This document shows, piece after piece, positions 27,017 to 37,427 of a DNA stretch of 56,920 nt. The position numbers and the translations under genes were made by a program. Positions within the stretch are counted from its first letter, which is position 1. Each line of letters begins with the position of its first letter. Origin of the DNA: a virus (lineage: Duplodnaviria; Caudoviricetes). The stretch is from the IMG/VR virus record IMGVR_UViG_3300039159_000083, positions 1-56,920 of that record, one strand, 5' to 3'. The notes below the pieces were generated by a model. The model was not told the DNA's origin. It did no database searches and saw only the letters and a program-made list of their open reading frames with translations.

Positions 27017-30000
27017 AAGTAGTGATATTCCTTATAACCGGGGGTCTAGTACTTCCAAGAATAGGACTATTAAGTTCTATCTTATAAAACATCTGTCTTC
27101 TATTAATAGAAGGGGATAATCCTTCTACTCTATAAGTCAATTCTTCTAAAAGGAGGGCAGGATCTATTACCTTAGTCATACTAGGTCTAGGTATAAGAGC
27201 TATCCAAATTATCCCATCTTGGGAGGTATAACATCTAATTGGGAAAGAAAGTGGATTAAATACTTCTATGCTAAGAGATACATTATGATAAGGCTGGGAA
27301 TACTCTTTCAGATTAGATATTACTACTCCAGATTGGGAGTAACTATATAAACTAATAGAGGTTCCTTCCAAACTTAATAGAGGGCTGATTCTATTATTAG
27401 AACTCCCTATTCTAGCTCTAACCTTAATCAGGTTAGTAGATTCTATTAATGGTGTACATACATTAGGAAGGAAGTCTATCCAAATATCATCTACTAGATA
27501 TTGATATTGAACATAAGTGTTATAAGGACTTATATCCCTAGTGTTGAGACAGAAATGAGTAGTATTAGCAAAGGATTGATTAATCCCATATTCTCCTAAT
27601 AATATAGTTTCTTCTTCTTGGTTAAATACCAAGCTATTAAATCTATAGGATAAATCCTCATTAGTTTGGGGTATAAGGTCATAACCATTAGGACTAATCC
27701 ATAAATGTCCTTTTCTCAATGGTTGTAATCCTATAGTTTTACCATTAAGTAAATCAGGTTTACCAATGACTGAGGTAAAGATTGAATAACCTTTAGGGGC
27801 GCATATTCCAATACAATACTCTTTACCTGGCAATAGTAATAAGGGGTTATCTAAGAAGAAGGTAGTGTAAGTAGAAGCATCATTAGAATAAGCTAGGCTA
27901 GTATTATGAGCATAGGCAAGTATATAATGCTGCGGTAAGTTATCTACTGATCTAATTACTAAATATATATCTTTATCTAAAGCTATCTCTTTAAGTTTGA
28001 TATCTATTGAGGATAGGTAATTAGCCTCATCTACTGAGAATGTCTGCATTAGATATTCAAAGGGAGGAATAGAACCTGTCTCAGCTATATCCGGATAACT
28101 AAGTGCTAACATTTCATTAGAGCTAGTAAGTATAGTATCTCTAGACCAAAGATGACTAGAAGTAATAGAGGTCTGATTTAATATGTTATTAAATATGGAT
28201 ACTCTTCCTTTTGCACTATTACTAATGAGAGAGTTGATAGACTTAACTTCTATTAAATGAACCCCTGCAGAAATGTTATTTGGTATAGGAAACTTTAGTT
28301 CTATCTGGCCATCTATATCAGACCTAATACCTGCTGTAGTCCTAGATGTATTCTTAATAGTTATATATGAAGTAACTTCTATTCCAGATATATAAAGTCT
28401 AAATCCATTTAATCTAGCTGGAAGATTGGTCACCTTAATATATAATTCACCTCTAGCTAAATCTATATTATTAGTCATTAGATCTATATAGCCATTAGAA
28501 TCTATATAAGAACTATTCACTACAGCATTACCATCTTTAATAGATGAGGCTATTAAATCAGCCGAGGCTCCTAATAAATTATTAACAGAAGACCTTAAAG
28601 AATTAACTATTATTGAATTAGATTTGAGTCTACCCTCACTACCAATGAATGAGCTAATAGGGTCTATTGGAGAAACTTTATTAGCTATATTATTATTAGT
28701 AAATAGAGTAGAAGGATAAACCTGCATTACTCCTTGAGTTGTAATATTAACCTTAGGTATAGCCCTAGACCTTGTTACTCTATCTTGCTCATATAGGTTT
28801 AAAGGAAAAGAAGGTAAAGAAACATAGGAGTCTTGATCTAATCTATTATAAAGAGTTCCTCCCCCATCATATTTGATAGGTATATCCTTACTATTAATAC
28901 TGAGACTAAGAGCTAGTAAGGAGGGAAGTATAGAGGCTGTAGAGAGCGTTAGGTTAATAGATGAAGGATTTATCAAGGGATCATTATAAAGCCCTATAGG
29001 AGAATGTAATGGGTCAATAGAAGACCTTAATAAAGAAGATAGAATCTCATTATTAATTGCATTCTCTCTTATCTTTTTAGATAGGGCATTAATATCACTG
29101 AAAGTCCATCTCTTAGAATTAGATGGGTTAATATCTATAGAGTTATGTCTAAGTATAAATTGGGATAGGATTAATAAGTTATCAGGAGCCGCAGGATAAT
29201 AAGGATTACTACTATTAGGGCTGAGTACATAAGATATTTGACCTTCTTTATCTATAGTTAATATCCCTGCTTGAGAGAGGTAATAAGTATAGTCTATAGA
29301 AAAGGTATAACCAGAAGCGGGTTTCTTACCTATAAAGGTGAGTGAGTCGGTCTGTGGATTAAAAATATAATCAGTACCTAACTCTAATTCTTGAGTATAG
29401 ACATAAGTAATAAGATAGCTGGAACCTATTTCAGGTTCTATACTATTTACTAGATTAATGCCCCAATCAATCTGATGTTGATTAATAAGATGATAGTCTC
29501 TACCTTCAATAAAAGAAGTGCCGCCTTGTTCTATAGATAATACTCTAACTATGGAATCTTCCATTAGAGTATCAATACCATTTAGTATTGGACTCCTATT
29601 AACTATTACTTGATTAGCTATCCTTTCAGCAGTTAGTCTTTTTATCTCTTTGACTGGCTTAAAACCTAGTTGGTATGAATTAAGAGAGGGATTAGTATTA
29701 AGTCCTGTTTCATATAAGTCCCATCTAAGAGTACGATTATTAACACTACTCTTAATTACTACACCTTCATTATTAGAAGAGAAAAGTAAAGAGTTAGTGC
29801 TAGATTTAGATATCTCTACATTAGCTCTAAGCAATTGTCTTAACGTGTATTGATTTATATCTAGATTAGACCTAGTAGAAAAGATTAGATTAGCTGGGAT
29901 AACTGAGTTTGACTTAAGGTCAGTTACTAAAGCATTTAGTAGAGAATCAATGGATTGAATATTAGACGTAGGGCTAATACTATAAAAGACTCTTATTGGT

Positions 30001-31202
30001 ATAGATATGGAATCATAAGATACGCCTTCTATTACTAACTCAATAACAGTGCTGGAGCTTTTTACTTGATTAAAGTTAGCTGCGGTATTAAATATTAGAA
30101 GTCTAGAAGTATTAGGTTTAGTACCAGAGTATAAGAACTTAACACCTTTAACTTCTTTAGCTTCTAATCTCTTAGGTATTTCTATTAGTAAGGGTTGAGT
30201 TTTTATTACTCGATAACCTTCTACATAAGCTATGCCAGGATTAATAGATAGGACTTCCCTTTTGGGTGCAGTAGTTTCTATATTTACTAAGGTTAATAGT
30301 ATAGAAGATAACTCAGTCTGCTTAACTATTAAACTTGCCTTCCTATTTATAATCTCTGCTTTTAATAATTCTATTCTAGATGATAAGTTTTCTATGAATA
30401 GCTGAGTATAAGAATCTGATTCTAATAAATCCCTTTCTAAATTTATTAGATTAGTTTCTAGTTGGCTTATCTCTCTTTGTATATCTCTTATATTTAAGAG
30501 TGTATTATCCCTTTGAGTATTACTATTGGAGAGTTTAGTATTAAGTGAATCATCTTCTATACGTGATGAGTATATGACCTCAAAGCCTTTAACTCTAAAG
30601 TTACCTGATCTTTCATAGGTATAAAGGGCCTGTTGATCTAGAAGCTTAGAATTAATACTGGTAGACTTTTGAAGTACCTGGCCTGACCTAATCTTACCTA
30701 TAGGGAAAGCATCAGCATCATTTACTACTATGGATGCTTTCCATACTAATCTAGAGCTACCTTCCATACCATAGAGGGCCCCACCTTTAATTGGGTCTCT
30801 AAGACTTGGGTCATCTATTTCAGTAATAACTCTTTCTAGTATGGATACTCCAATGATATGTTCATTTGTATTAGGAATGATCAATACTTGAGCGGGAACC
30901 TCTAATACTATTCCTTCCACATATATCTGACCAAATGAAATGGAATAAGAAGAATCATTATTAGATATTGATAGTCTGTCTATTACTAAGCCAGAAACTA
31001 TAGACCCAGAACTAAATAGACTGCTAAGGGCGCGGGATTGATTGGATAATAGGATAGACTGCATCTCTATTAGTTCAGCAGTCTGTATAGGTCTTCCTGG
31101 TACTGGGAGTATCTTTACCCAACCATCAGCTTCTTTATATCTATCAGGGTAAATAGATCTGTCATAGTTAAATAGATTCTTCATATAATTCTTATAGGTC
31201 AA
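27006..31202 (-). CDS. DUF4815-like large baseplate/receptor-binding protein
   Basis: YPDRY...KILPVPGRPIQTAELIEMQSIL, LRDP, YTYERSGNF, INPGIAYVEGY and LMQTF motifs typical of this family in large myoviruses. Confidence 0.8.
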   Translation of the reverse strand: MTYKNYMKNLFNYDRSIYPDRYKEADGWVKILPVPGRPIQTAELIEMQSILLSNQSRALSSLFSSGSIVSGLVIDRLSISNNDSSYSISFGQIYVEGIVLEVPAQVLIIPNTNEHIIGVSILERVITEIDDPSLRDPIKGGALYGMEGSSRLVWKASIVVNDADAFPIGKIRSGQVLQKSTSINSKLLDQQALYTYERSGNFRVKGFEVIYSSRIEDDSLNTKLSNSNTQRDNTLLNIRDIQREISQLETNLINLERDLLESDSYTQLFIENLSSRIELLKAEIINRKASLIVKQTELSSILLTLVNIETTAPKREVLSINPGIAYVEGYRVIKTQPLLIEIPKRLEAKEVKGVKFLYSGTKPNTSRLLIFNTAANFNQVKSSSTVIELVIEGVSYDSISIPIRVFYSISPTSNIQSIDSLLNALVTDLKSNSVIPANLIFSTRSNLDINQYTLRQLLRANVEISKSSTNSLLFSSNNEGVVIKSSVNNRTLRWDLYETGLNTNPSLNSYQLGFKPVKEIKRLTAERIANQVIVNRSPILNGIDTLMEDSIVRVLSIEQGGTSFIEGRDYHLINQHQIDWGINLVNSIEPEIGSSYLITYVYTQELELGTDYIFNPQTDSLTFIGKKPASGYTFSIDYTYYLSQAGILTIDKEGQISYVLSPNSSNPYYPAAPDNLLILSQFILRHNSIDINPSNSKRWTFSDINALSKKIRENAINNEILSSLLRSSIDPLHSPIGLYNDPLINPSSINLTLSTASILPSLLALSLSINSKDIPIKYDGGGTLYNRLDQDSYVSLPSFPLNLYEQDRVTRSRAIPKVNITTQGVMQVYPSTLFTNNNIANKVSPIDPISSFIGSEGRLKSNSIIVNSLRSSVNNLLGASADLIASSIKDGNAVVNSSYIDSNGYIDLMTNNIDLARGELYIKVTNLPARLNGFRLYISGIEVTSYITIKNTSRTTAGIRSDIDGQIELKFPIPNNISAGVHLIEVKSINSLISNSAKGRVSIFNNILNQTSITSSHLWSRDTILTSSNEMLALSYPDIAETGSIPPFEYLMQTFSVDEANYLSSIDIKLKEIALDKDIYLVIRSVDNLPQHYILAYAHNTSLAYSNDASTYTTFFLDNPLLLLPGKEYCIGICAPKGYSIFTSVIGKPDLLNGKTIGLQPLRKGHLWISPNGYDLIPQTNEDLSYRFNSLVFNQEEETILLGEYGINQSFANTTHFCLNTRDISPYNTYVQYQYLVDDIWIDFLPNVCTPLIESTNLIKVRARIGSSNNRISPLLSLEGTSISLYSYSQSGVVISNLKEYSQPYHNVSLSIEVFNPLSFPIRCYTSQDGIIWIALIPRPSMTKVIDPALLLEELTYRVEGLSPSINRRQMFYKIELNSPILGSTRPPVIRNITTYVY

Positions 31203-31755
31203 TCATTAGTTCTATCTTCTGTTTCTTATTTACTAATCTATCTATGGGTGTAGAGTAAGCAACCCAATGAAGTATACCTTGATCTTCTACATAAGAAGAA
31301 GGATAACTAATTAAATTAGGGTTATGTTCTTCTATTAAGGAGACATCAGTATGTAACCCTAGTATTCTAATAGAGGAGGCTAGATAGTAATCAGGTTCGA
31401 TTAGACAAGAAATATATAAATGAGTAGGGCTAGGTAAATACATGCCCTTCTCTAAAGTTATATCTGTTAAATCTCTAATCACATGCCATTGCTTATTTCT
31501 AAATAGGAACTCACCACAAGGAGAGATAAGAGCCGGTAAACACTCATATAACCTAACTATAGATATAAGTTCTGTCACCTCTGTAAGAGAGGAGGAGGGA
31601 TTAGGAGGATTAGTATCATTGATGTTAGTATCAAATACATCTAACCATGCAGAGTCCTTAGATAAGGACATATACTTATTAGAAGGGTCTCTAACAAAGG
31701 ATAGAATCCTATTAGCCTTATTAGATAAAGTAAGTGAATTATGTATGATAGACAT
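31192..31755 (-). CDS. Baseplate wedge protein (small, gp8-like position)
   Basis: YMSLSKDSAW...PPNP motif; lies directly upstream of the DUF4815 gene, as in other large myoviruses. Confidence 0.65.
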   Translation of the reverse strand: MSIIHNSLTLSNKANRILSFVRDPSNKYMSLSKDSAWLDVFDTNINDTNPPNPSSSLTEVTELISIVRLYECLPALISPCGEFLFRNKQWHVIRDLTDITLEKGMYLPSPTHLYISCLIEPDYYLASSIRILGLHTDVSLIEEHNPNLISYPSSYVEDQGILHWVAYSTPIDRLVNKKQKIELMIDL

Positions 31756-32864
31756 TAACTATTTATACTCTCCATTATTTCCATAGCTGTAATACCTGAG
31801 GATAGTATTGAGGCTTGTCTAGGCCCATCATATCTAAGAGATAGAATACCTGTAAAGTATATATTACTATTTGGGGACTTAAATCCTTTTATTAATAGAG
31901 GAAAGTTTTTATCACTAGGAAGCCTTTCTACATTATTAAACATAGGACTGCTATTTAAAGAAGGTGTGGTGCCAGTACAGATAACAATGTAATCCACTTC
32001 TTCAACTATAGGTTCCATTTCTCTAGTTGAGGTAGGATTAATTATGTCTACATCAGATAGCTGATTAGATACCTCTTCTGTAATAGAAGGTTGCCAAGCC
32101 TTTACCTGTTTCAAATAACTTTCTTGGAGTGAGTTATCTCCATGGAAAGATCTATAAAAAGATCCTAAAGCACTTCTTGGTCCCCAGTCCTGATAAACAG
32201 GTGAGGGATAACGAGTTATCTTATGTTCTTTACTAATAGCCCAATGTACCTGGTTAGTCAAAGATAAATGAGCAACATACTCAGCACTTGCTTGACCAGA
32301 ACCTACAACTAAAATAGTCTTCCCTTGTACAGCAGTTCTTAGACATTCCGCTCTACTGATTATCTTAGAATAAAGATGAGTCTTATTTATCCATACAGGC
32401 ACCTTAGATAAAGAGTTAGAACCTGTGGCAATAATTACTTCATCTACTCTTAAGATATCCCTATCATCTAATCGGATCCAACCTTCTCCCATATCAATAG
32501 CATTCTTAGGTATATGAATTACACCTCTAGATATCAACTTATCAAAAGTATGTTCTAAATAAGAAAGAAACTCAGTTCTATTTACAGAGCAAGGACATTC
32601 TTCTGCTTCTTGTTGAGTAACATAAGAATAGGGAGTTCCCAAATAATTATCTAATCTCCATTCATCATAACTAGAATCTAAGAAGGAAACTAAATCAAAG
32701 GAGACAGGACTTCTCATGATAATGTCTGGAATTATATTAGGGTGTTTCCATGCAGATAGAGGTGTCCTATCTATAAGATATACCTTATTACCCTCTCTGA
32801 TAGCACATATAGCTATGGATAAGGCTCTGGGGCCTGACCCTATTATTCCTATAACACTCTTCAT
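31755..32864 (-). CDS. FAD/NAD(P)H-dependent oxidoreductase, class B flavin monooxygenase (Lys/Orn N-hydroxylase-like)
   Basis: FAD motif IGIIGSGPRAL, W...MRSP, VIIATG, NADPH motif LVVGSGQASAE, ICTG and IYFTG. Confidence 0.8.
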   Translation of the reverse strand: MKSVIGIIGSGPRALSIAICAIREGNKVYLIDRTPLSAWKHPNIIPDIIMRSPVSFDLVSFLDSSYDEWRLDNYLGTPYSYVTQQEAEECPCSVNRTEFLSYLEHTFDKLISRGVIHIPKNAIDMGEGWIRLDDRDILRVDEVIIATGSNSLSKVPVWINKTHLYSKIISRAECLRTAVQGKTILVVGSGQASAEYVAHLSLTNQVHWAISKEHKITRYPSPVYQDWGPRSALGSFYRSFHGDNSLQESYLKQVKAWQPSITEEVSNQLSDVDIINPTSTREMEPIVEEVDYIVICTGTTPSLNSSPMFNNVERLPSDKNFPLLIKGFKSPNSNIYFTGILSLRYDGPRQASILSSGITAMEIMESINS

Positions 32865-32905
32865 ATAACTCCCATATTGTAATTGTAAGATTAATCTAAC
32901 TCACT

Positions 32906-35900
32906 CTAAAAGAAGTGGGTGGGTATTATAAACATCTTCTCTGCTAACCCTGACCTAATAATACCTATTAAATTATTAGAAGGTGGGGTTTCTAGAAGGG
33001 TTACTTCTATAACATCTCCGACTAAGAAAGCTTGTACATAAATAGGCCCTTCATAAATAGCATCTAAGTTTACTAGTAAGGGGTAAGGTCTAAAAGGGTC
33101 ATACTTAGTTACACAACAAATGGATGTATATTGAGAGGTAATAATACCTGAGGAGATATTTATATAAGTATCTCCAGAGTCTAAATCCTTATCACAACTT
33201 TCTATTTGTATATGTTCTTCTATTAATACATTAGTAGCTATAGGTTTAGCATCTTCTATTATCTTGGCTATATCAGCATTAAATGCTGAACCTATAGTTT
33301 CTATTATTATAGAGCTAGTATTAGCATAGGTCTGACCTGAGTAATATGCAGAAGAAGAATCGCTATCTACATTATTCTCCATAAAGGAACTATAACCATA
33401 TATAGGTACTTCTTTTATCTTGGCGCTAATACCTTGGTTATTTAACAAGGTTATAAAATCATTAGATGAACTAGGCTTATCAGCTATTAAAGTCCTAATA
33501 CGTTCTTTAATACTAGAGTCAGTCTCTCCTATCTTTCTAGTTAGGGAAAAGTCATTAGCCCATCTATTAGTAAGAGAATCAGAAGAAAGGGATAGAGATA
33601 TACCATCTTTAGTTCTTCTATTAAGCACCCACCAAGTAGAAAGAGATTTAGAGAAAGACATTAATATTCTTCCTATATTTCCATTAGGACTAATAGCTCT
33701 TTCACTAGGCCAAGTATAATTCTTAGGTATAAGAGAAATTAACTTCTTATAGGTTGAGGTTCTATTAAATAAGAGAGTCTCCACATCATAATAACTATGA
33801 GAAGGAAACAATTCTTTATTGGAGAAGCCTTCAGATAAGCAGGTACTAAGATTAACGGCTGAGTTTATCATCCTATTAGTTATCTGTTCCTTATCTATAT
33901 TTCCCCTATTAACATCTAAGACTGGTTCAAAGTCTAAGACGTAATCTCTATCCCTACTTAAATATAAAGAAGCCTCTAGAAGATTAAGGGTAGTTAAAGC
34001 CTTTTCTATAGAAGAAGGAACTTTTAAATCATGTATGGGGATTATAGAATAACTAGACTTATAAATGGAACTTGATAAGCTTTGATCCTTATTACTTCTA
34101 TATCTACCCCCAGTAATAGATCTAACAGAAACTCCTGTGCTATTTGTTATTATTCTATCTACTTGAGAACCATTAATACTTTTAGTCTTAGTCTTTAAGT
34201 CTTTAATAATTACTTCTATGGCTTCAGACCTTATAGTTTCATTAGCAAATAATAAACCATATATTGATGATTCTAAAGAAGGGGTGGGGTCATCATAAGA
34301 TTGGAAGAATAACTTCTCATTTGAAGAGTATAAATAATCATATATAGATGTATATAAGTCTGTAGCTACATCTATATATTTAGAATTAAGGGTAATATCA
34401 TGTACTTTCATCAGACTTAAACAAACCATTATAGAGGTGGATGTTTGATATTCCTTATCTATAATTGATTGAGTATAAATATCTGAGTGGTTCCATCCTT
34501 TATAAACTAAGTTAGATTTAGAATCTACCTGTCTTATTAAGTATTCACTAACCTCTTTAATATCTATGTCATATTTAGTGGAAGAGGTAACTAATTTATA
34601 TATGGCAAGTAGATATAAATACCAGGCTATAGCTCTATTATCTATCTTTCTAGAACAGAGAGTGTCATTAGTCCAAGTACTAAAACATTCCTCACTAAAT
34701 AGATCTGGTTCAAAGGGGCTTATTTCCCTATCAAGGTAAAGCCTATCATTATATATATCTTGGGCTGATGAGTAAGTATTGATAATGGCCGGGATAGAAC
34801 CAGACCTAGCTAAACTATTCCTATCTATAAGAAGGGAAAGAGTAGATAAATTAGATTCTACTAATGCTAATAACTTAGGGTCTAAATAAATACCCTCATA
34901 AGTACCAAAGCAATCATCTGTAATAGTGTATTTAGATAAGAGTATGTTAATGAGGGAGATAGATAGATTCTCTAGGTCTACTGATTGATCCTCATTATTA
35001 TAATTAAGTAAGGGTTTAGTATATGTACGAGTTAATCCATTAGTATATTGGTAACCTGTCATATGATGCAGGATAGTAGTAGATACCTGAGAGTTAACTC
35101 TTTTTAATATAACTATTTTTACTCCTTCACTAATTGGTATGGTAGAAGAGAAAGATAGGTCAGACCTAATAGGAATATTACTCTGTTCTATTATTGGCTC
35201 ATAAGTAAGGGGATGCAGATAACCAATATCAACTACATAAACATGATCATTACTAGTAACCCCATTCAACCATATCTCTGAGTTATTACCATTACTTCTA
35301 TATCTAGTAACTCTATTGTCAGGCCCAGTCAGCTTAGTTTCTGAGCATAAGTAATCACAACTACCTATAGAGGAAGGGAGGGCCACATAAGTCCCTAGAA
35401 GAGCCTGTACGGGGCTTCCTCCTATTTGAGTTAGATAGATATGAATATCAATAGCTAAACTTGCATATCCTTGTATCTGGCTGAGAGATAAGTTGGGGTC
35501 GGATAATAGGAACTGATAATTATTACTAGGTAGAGATATTAAAGAGGGCGCTATCCCATTACCAGATAGGAAAAGATCATTAATCTGATTAGGGTCATTA
35601 TATAAACTATTAGGTAGCTGACTTATTAAGCTTCCCTCACTATTATAAATACCAATAAGAGTAGTGCAATCCATTGAGCATTGATCAAAACAAGGATCTT
35701 CTATGTCTAGTTCTGCGTATAGGAAATAGGTCTTATCAAAACAATCATCTGTACAACCTAATTCACTATAAGAAGATTCCTCTATTGAAATAATTAGATT
35801 ATCTATTCTATAGGTGGAATATAATCTGGTTCCATTTACTTTATATCCAGTAATAAAAGGTTCTGTAGTAATCCCTACATAAGGGATGGGATCAATAGGA

Positions 35901-36352
35901 ATACAATCAGAAGGAGTTAAATCTCTAATAGTATATTTACCTATATCATCTTCATATACACTCTCACCCTGTGCAGTAAAAGGGAGTCTAACTTTACATA
36001 AGGGATTAAAATCTCCTATACATCCATCTGATACACATCCTTCTTGAAAGGTACCTGTAGGCTGGTATGGAGAGCCTACATTAGATTCTAATGTCCATAT
36101 ACCTTGGGAGTTAAAGCAGCCTTCCTCAAAGCAACCAGTAGTAAATGGGGAGTCATCTTTAGCTGGGGCTATACCTATAACTCTTCCATCTATAAAGGAG
36201 TTAGTGTATGTATTACCTCTCAGTATTTCTAGATAGATGGAAGACCTTAAAGGGTCTTTACTATCTTCTCTTAGATATGAACACTCTCCCCCTTTCCTAT
36301 CAAGGGATAAGAAGGATTCATAACAGAATTGTTTCTTACTAATAATTGCCAT
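32906..36352 (-). CDS. Large baseplate wedge protein (P2 gpI-like C-terminus) with an internal helical six-hairpin-glycosidase-like region
   Basis: Follows baseplate J. C-terminal LISLIP...W and RWANDFSLTRKIGETDSSIKERI are wedge motifs. Internal helical repeats AWYLYLLAIYKLVT..KY and LSLMKVHDITLNSKYIDVA. Confidence 0.6.
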   Translation of the reverse strand: MAIISKKQFCYESFLSLDRKGGECSYLREDSKDPLRSSIYLEILRGNTYTNSFIDGRVIGIAPAKDDSPFTTGCFEEGCFNSQGIWTLESNVGSPYQPTGTFQEGCVSDGCIGDFNPLCKVRLPFTAQGESVYEDDIGKYTIRDLTPSDCIPIDPIPYVGITTEPFITGYKVNGTRLYSTYRIDNLIISIEESSYSELGCTDDCFDKTYFLYAELDIEDPCFDQCSMDCTTLIGIYNSEGSLISQLPNSLYNDPNQINDLFLSGNGIAPSLISLPSNNYQFLLSDPNLSLSQIQGYASLAIDIHIYLTQIGGSPVQALLGTYVALPSSIGSCDYLCSETKLTGPDNRVTRYRSNGNNSEIWLNGVTSNDHVYVVDIGYLHPLTYEPIIEQSNIPIRSDLSFSSTIPISEGVKIVILKRVNSQVSTTILHHMTGYQYTNGLTRTYTKPLLNYNNEDQSVDLENLSISLINILLSKYTITDDCFGTYEGIYLDPKLLALVESNLSTLSLLIDRNSLARSGSIPAIINTYSSAQDIYNDRLYLDREISPFEPDLFSEECFSTWTNDTLCSRKIDNRAIAWYLYLLAIYKLVTSSTKYDIDIKEVSEYLIRQVDSKSNLVYKGWNHSDIYTQSIIDKEYQTSTSIMVCLSLMKVHDITLNSKYIDVATDLYTSIYDYLYSSNEKLFFQSYDDPTPSLESSIYGLLFANETIRSEAIEVIIKDLKTKTKSINGSQVDRIITNSTGVSVRSITGGRYRSNKDQSLSSSIYKSSYSIIPIHDLKVPSSIEKALTTLNLLEASLYLSRDRDYVLDFEPVLDVNRGNIDKEQITNRMINSAVNLSTCLSEGFSNKELFPSHSYYDVETLLFNRTSTYKKLISLIPKNYTWPSERAISPNGNIGRILMSFSKSLSTWWVLNRRTKDGISLSLSSDSLTNRWANDFSLTRKIGETDSSIKERIRTLIADKPSSSNDFITLLNNQGISAKIKEVPIYGYSSFMENNVDSDSSSAYYSGQTYANTSSIIIETIGSAFNADIAKIIEDAKPIATNVLIEEHIQIESCDKDLDSGDTYINISSGIITSQYTSICCVTKYDPFRPYPLLVNLDAIYEGPIYVQAFLVGDVIEVTLLETPPSNNLIGIIRSGLAEKMFIIPTHFF

Positions 36353-36356
36353 GTTC

Positions 36357-37427
36357 TTATACCACTCTTATGGAAATATCTAAAGTACCCATATCGCTAA
36401 TTAAAGAGCTGGTAGGAAAGATAGGTAGAGCAGGACTTAATACTTTTACTTTATTAACCCCAAGCACCTTTCTAGCAGCATTATTAATATCGGAAGGATC
36501 TACAGTATCATCTAAACCTAGGTTAGAAAAGTAGTTAGATAATGATTCTCTAATAGAGGCAGAGATAGTAGAGGCATAAGAAGAGGAGACTACTATTTCT
36601 AAAGATACGTCTATAGGTTTAGTTCTTATAGGTCTGACTAGAAAAGCAGTACCTATGGGTTTGATTTCTCTTATAAGATTAGTAATTACTTTAATAGATT
36701 CACTATCAGTAATATCTACAAATACTGAGAAGTAACCCGTGACTGGTTGATGCTCCTTAATATAGACTCTACTAATAAATGGGAGCTTCCTTACTTCTTC
36801 TCTAATATAAGAAAGAGTACCTTTCTGAGTTAGATTACCTGAAAAGGTAGCCTTAATCCTATTCCTAAAATCATCATCTGATTCTATAGAAGAGCCATTA
36901 GAAAGAGAGCCTATAGCTACTCTACTTATTGGGTCTCTATATTTACCTATAGTAAAGGTATGAGAAGGAAAGAGATTACTATATAGAACAGACCCTTGAC
37001 TTAAGTTATAAGCTTCGCCAGTAGTAAGGGCCTCTATAACTATAGGAGTTTCTATAGCAGCAGGTAAAGATATAGTATTAGATATCTTAAATTGTAGTAA
37101 CTGGTCTGAGGATTGCAGAATAGTGCCCGTAGGAAGATTAGTACTAGGCCCTTTACAAAGACATGTACCTATAGCATATGTTCCTCTTAATCTAGATATA
37201 CCAAAGTCTCTAGCCTTATCATCTAAACGGGAACCCTTTGCAGTAGATATAAAAGAGCTATTTATTATTTCTTCTATCCTAGTGTCTTGTTCTGCTATGA
37301 CAGTTGATACAGCTCTAAACAAGATATATAAATTACTAAAATTAGAAAACTTAGCCATAGGAGAACCTAAGGTATCCAAGCTTTTCCTTATGGACTCTAT
37401 GATATATTGGATAGTTCTAGATTGCAT
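36357..37427 (-). CDS. Baseplate J-like wedge protein
   Basis: FISTAKGSRLDDKARDFGISR..G..A.G, ALTTGEAYN, ESDDDFRNRI and KGT. Confidence 0.92.
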   Translation of the reverse strand: MQSRTIQYIIESIRKSLDTLGSPMAKFSNFSNLYILFRAVSTVIAEQDTRIEEIINSSFISTAKGSRLDDKARDFGISRLRGTYAIGTCLCKGPSTNLPTGTILQSSDQLLQFKISNTISLPAAIETPIVIEALTTGEAYNLSQGSVLYSNLFPSHTFTIGKYRDPISRVAIGSLSNGSSIESDDDFRNRIKATFSGNLTQKGTLSYIREEVRKLPFISRVYIKEHQPVTGYFSVFVDITDSESIKVITNLIREIKPIGTAFLVRPIRTKPIDVSLEIVVSSSYASTISASIRESLSNYFSNLGLDDTVDPSDINNAARKVLGVNKVKVLSPALPIFPTSSLISDMGTLDISIRVV

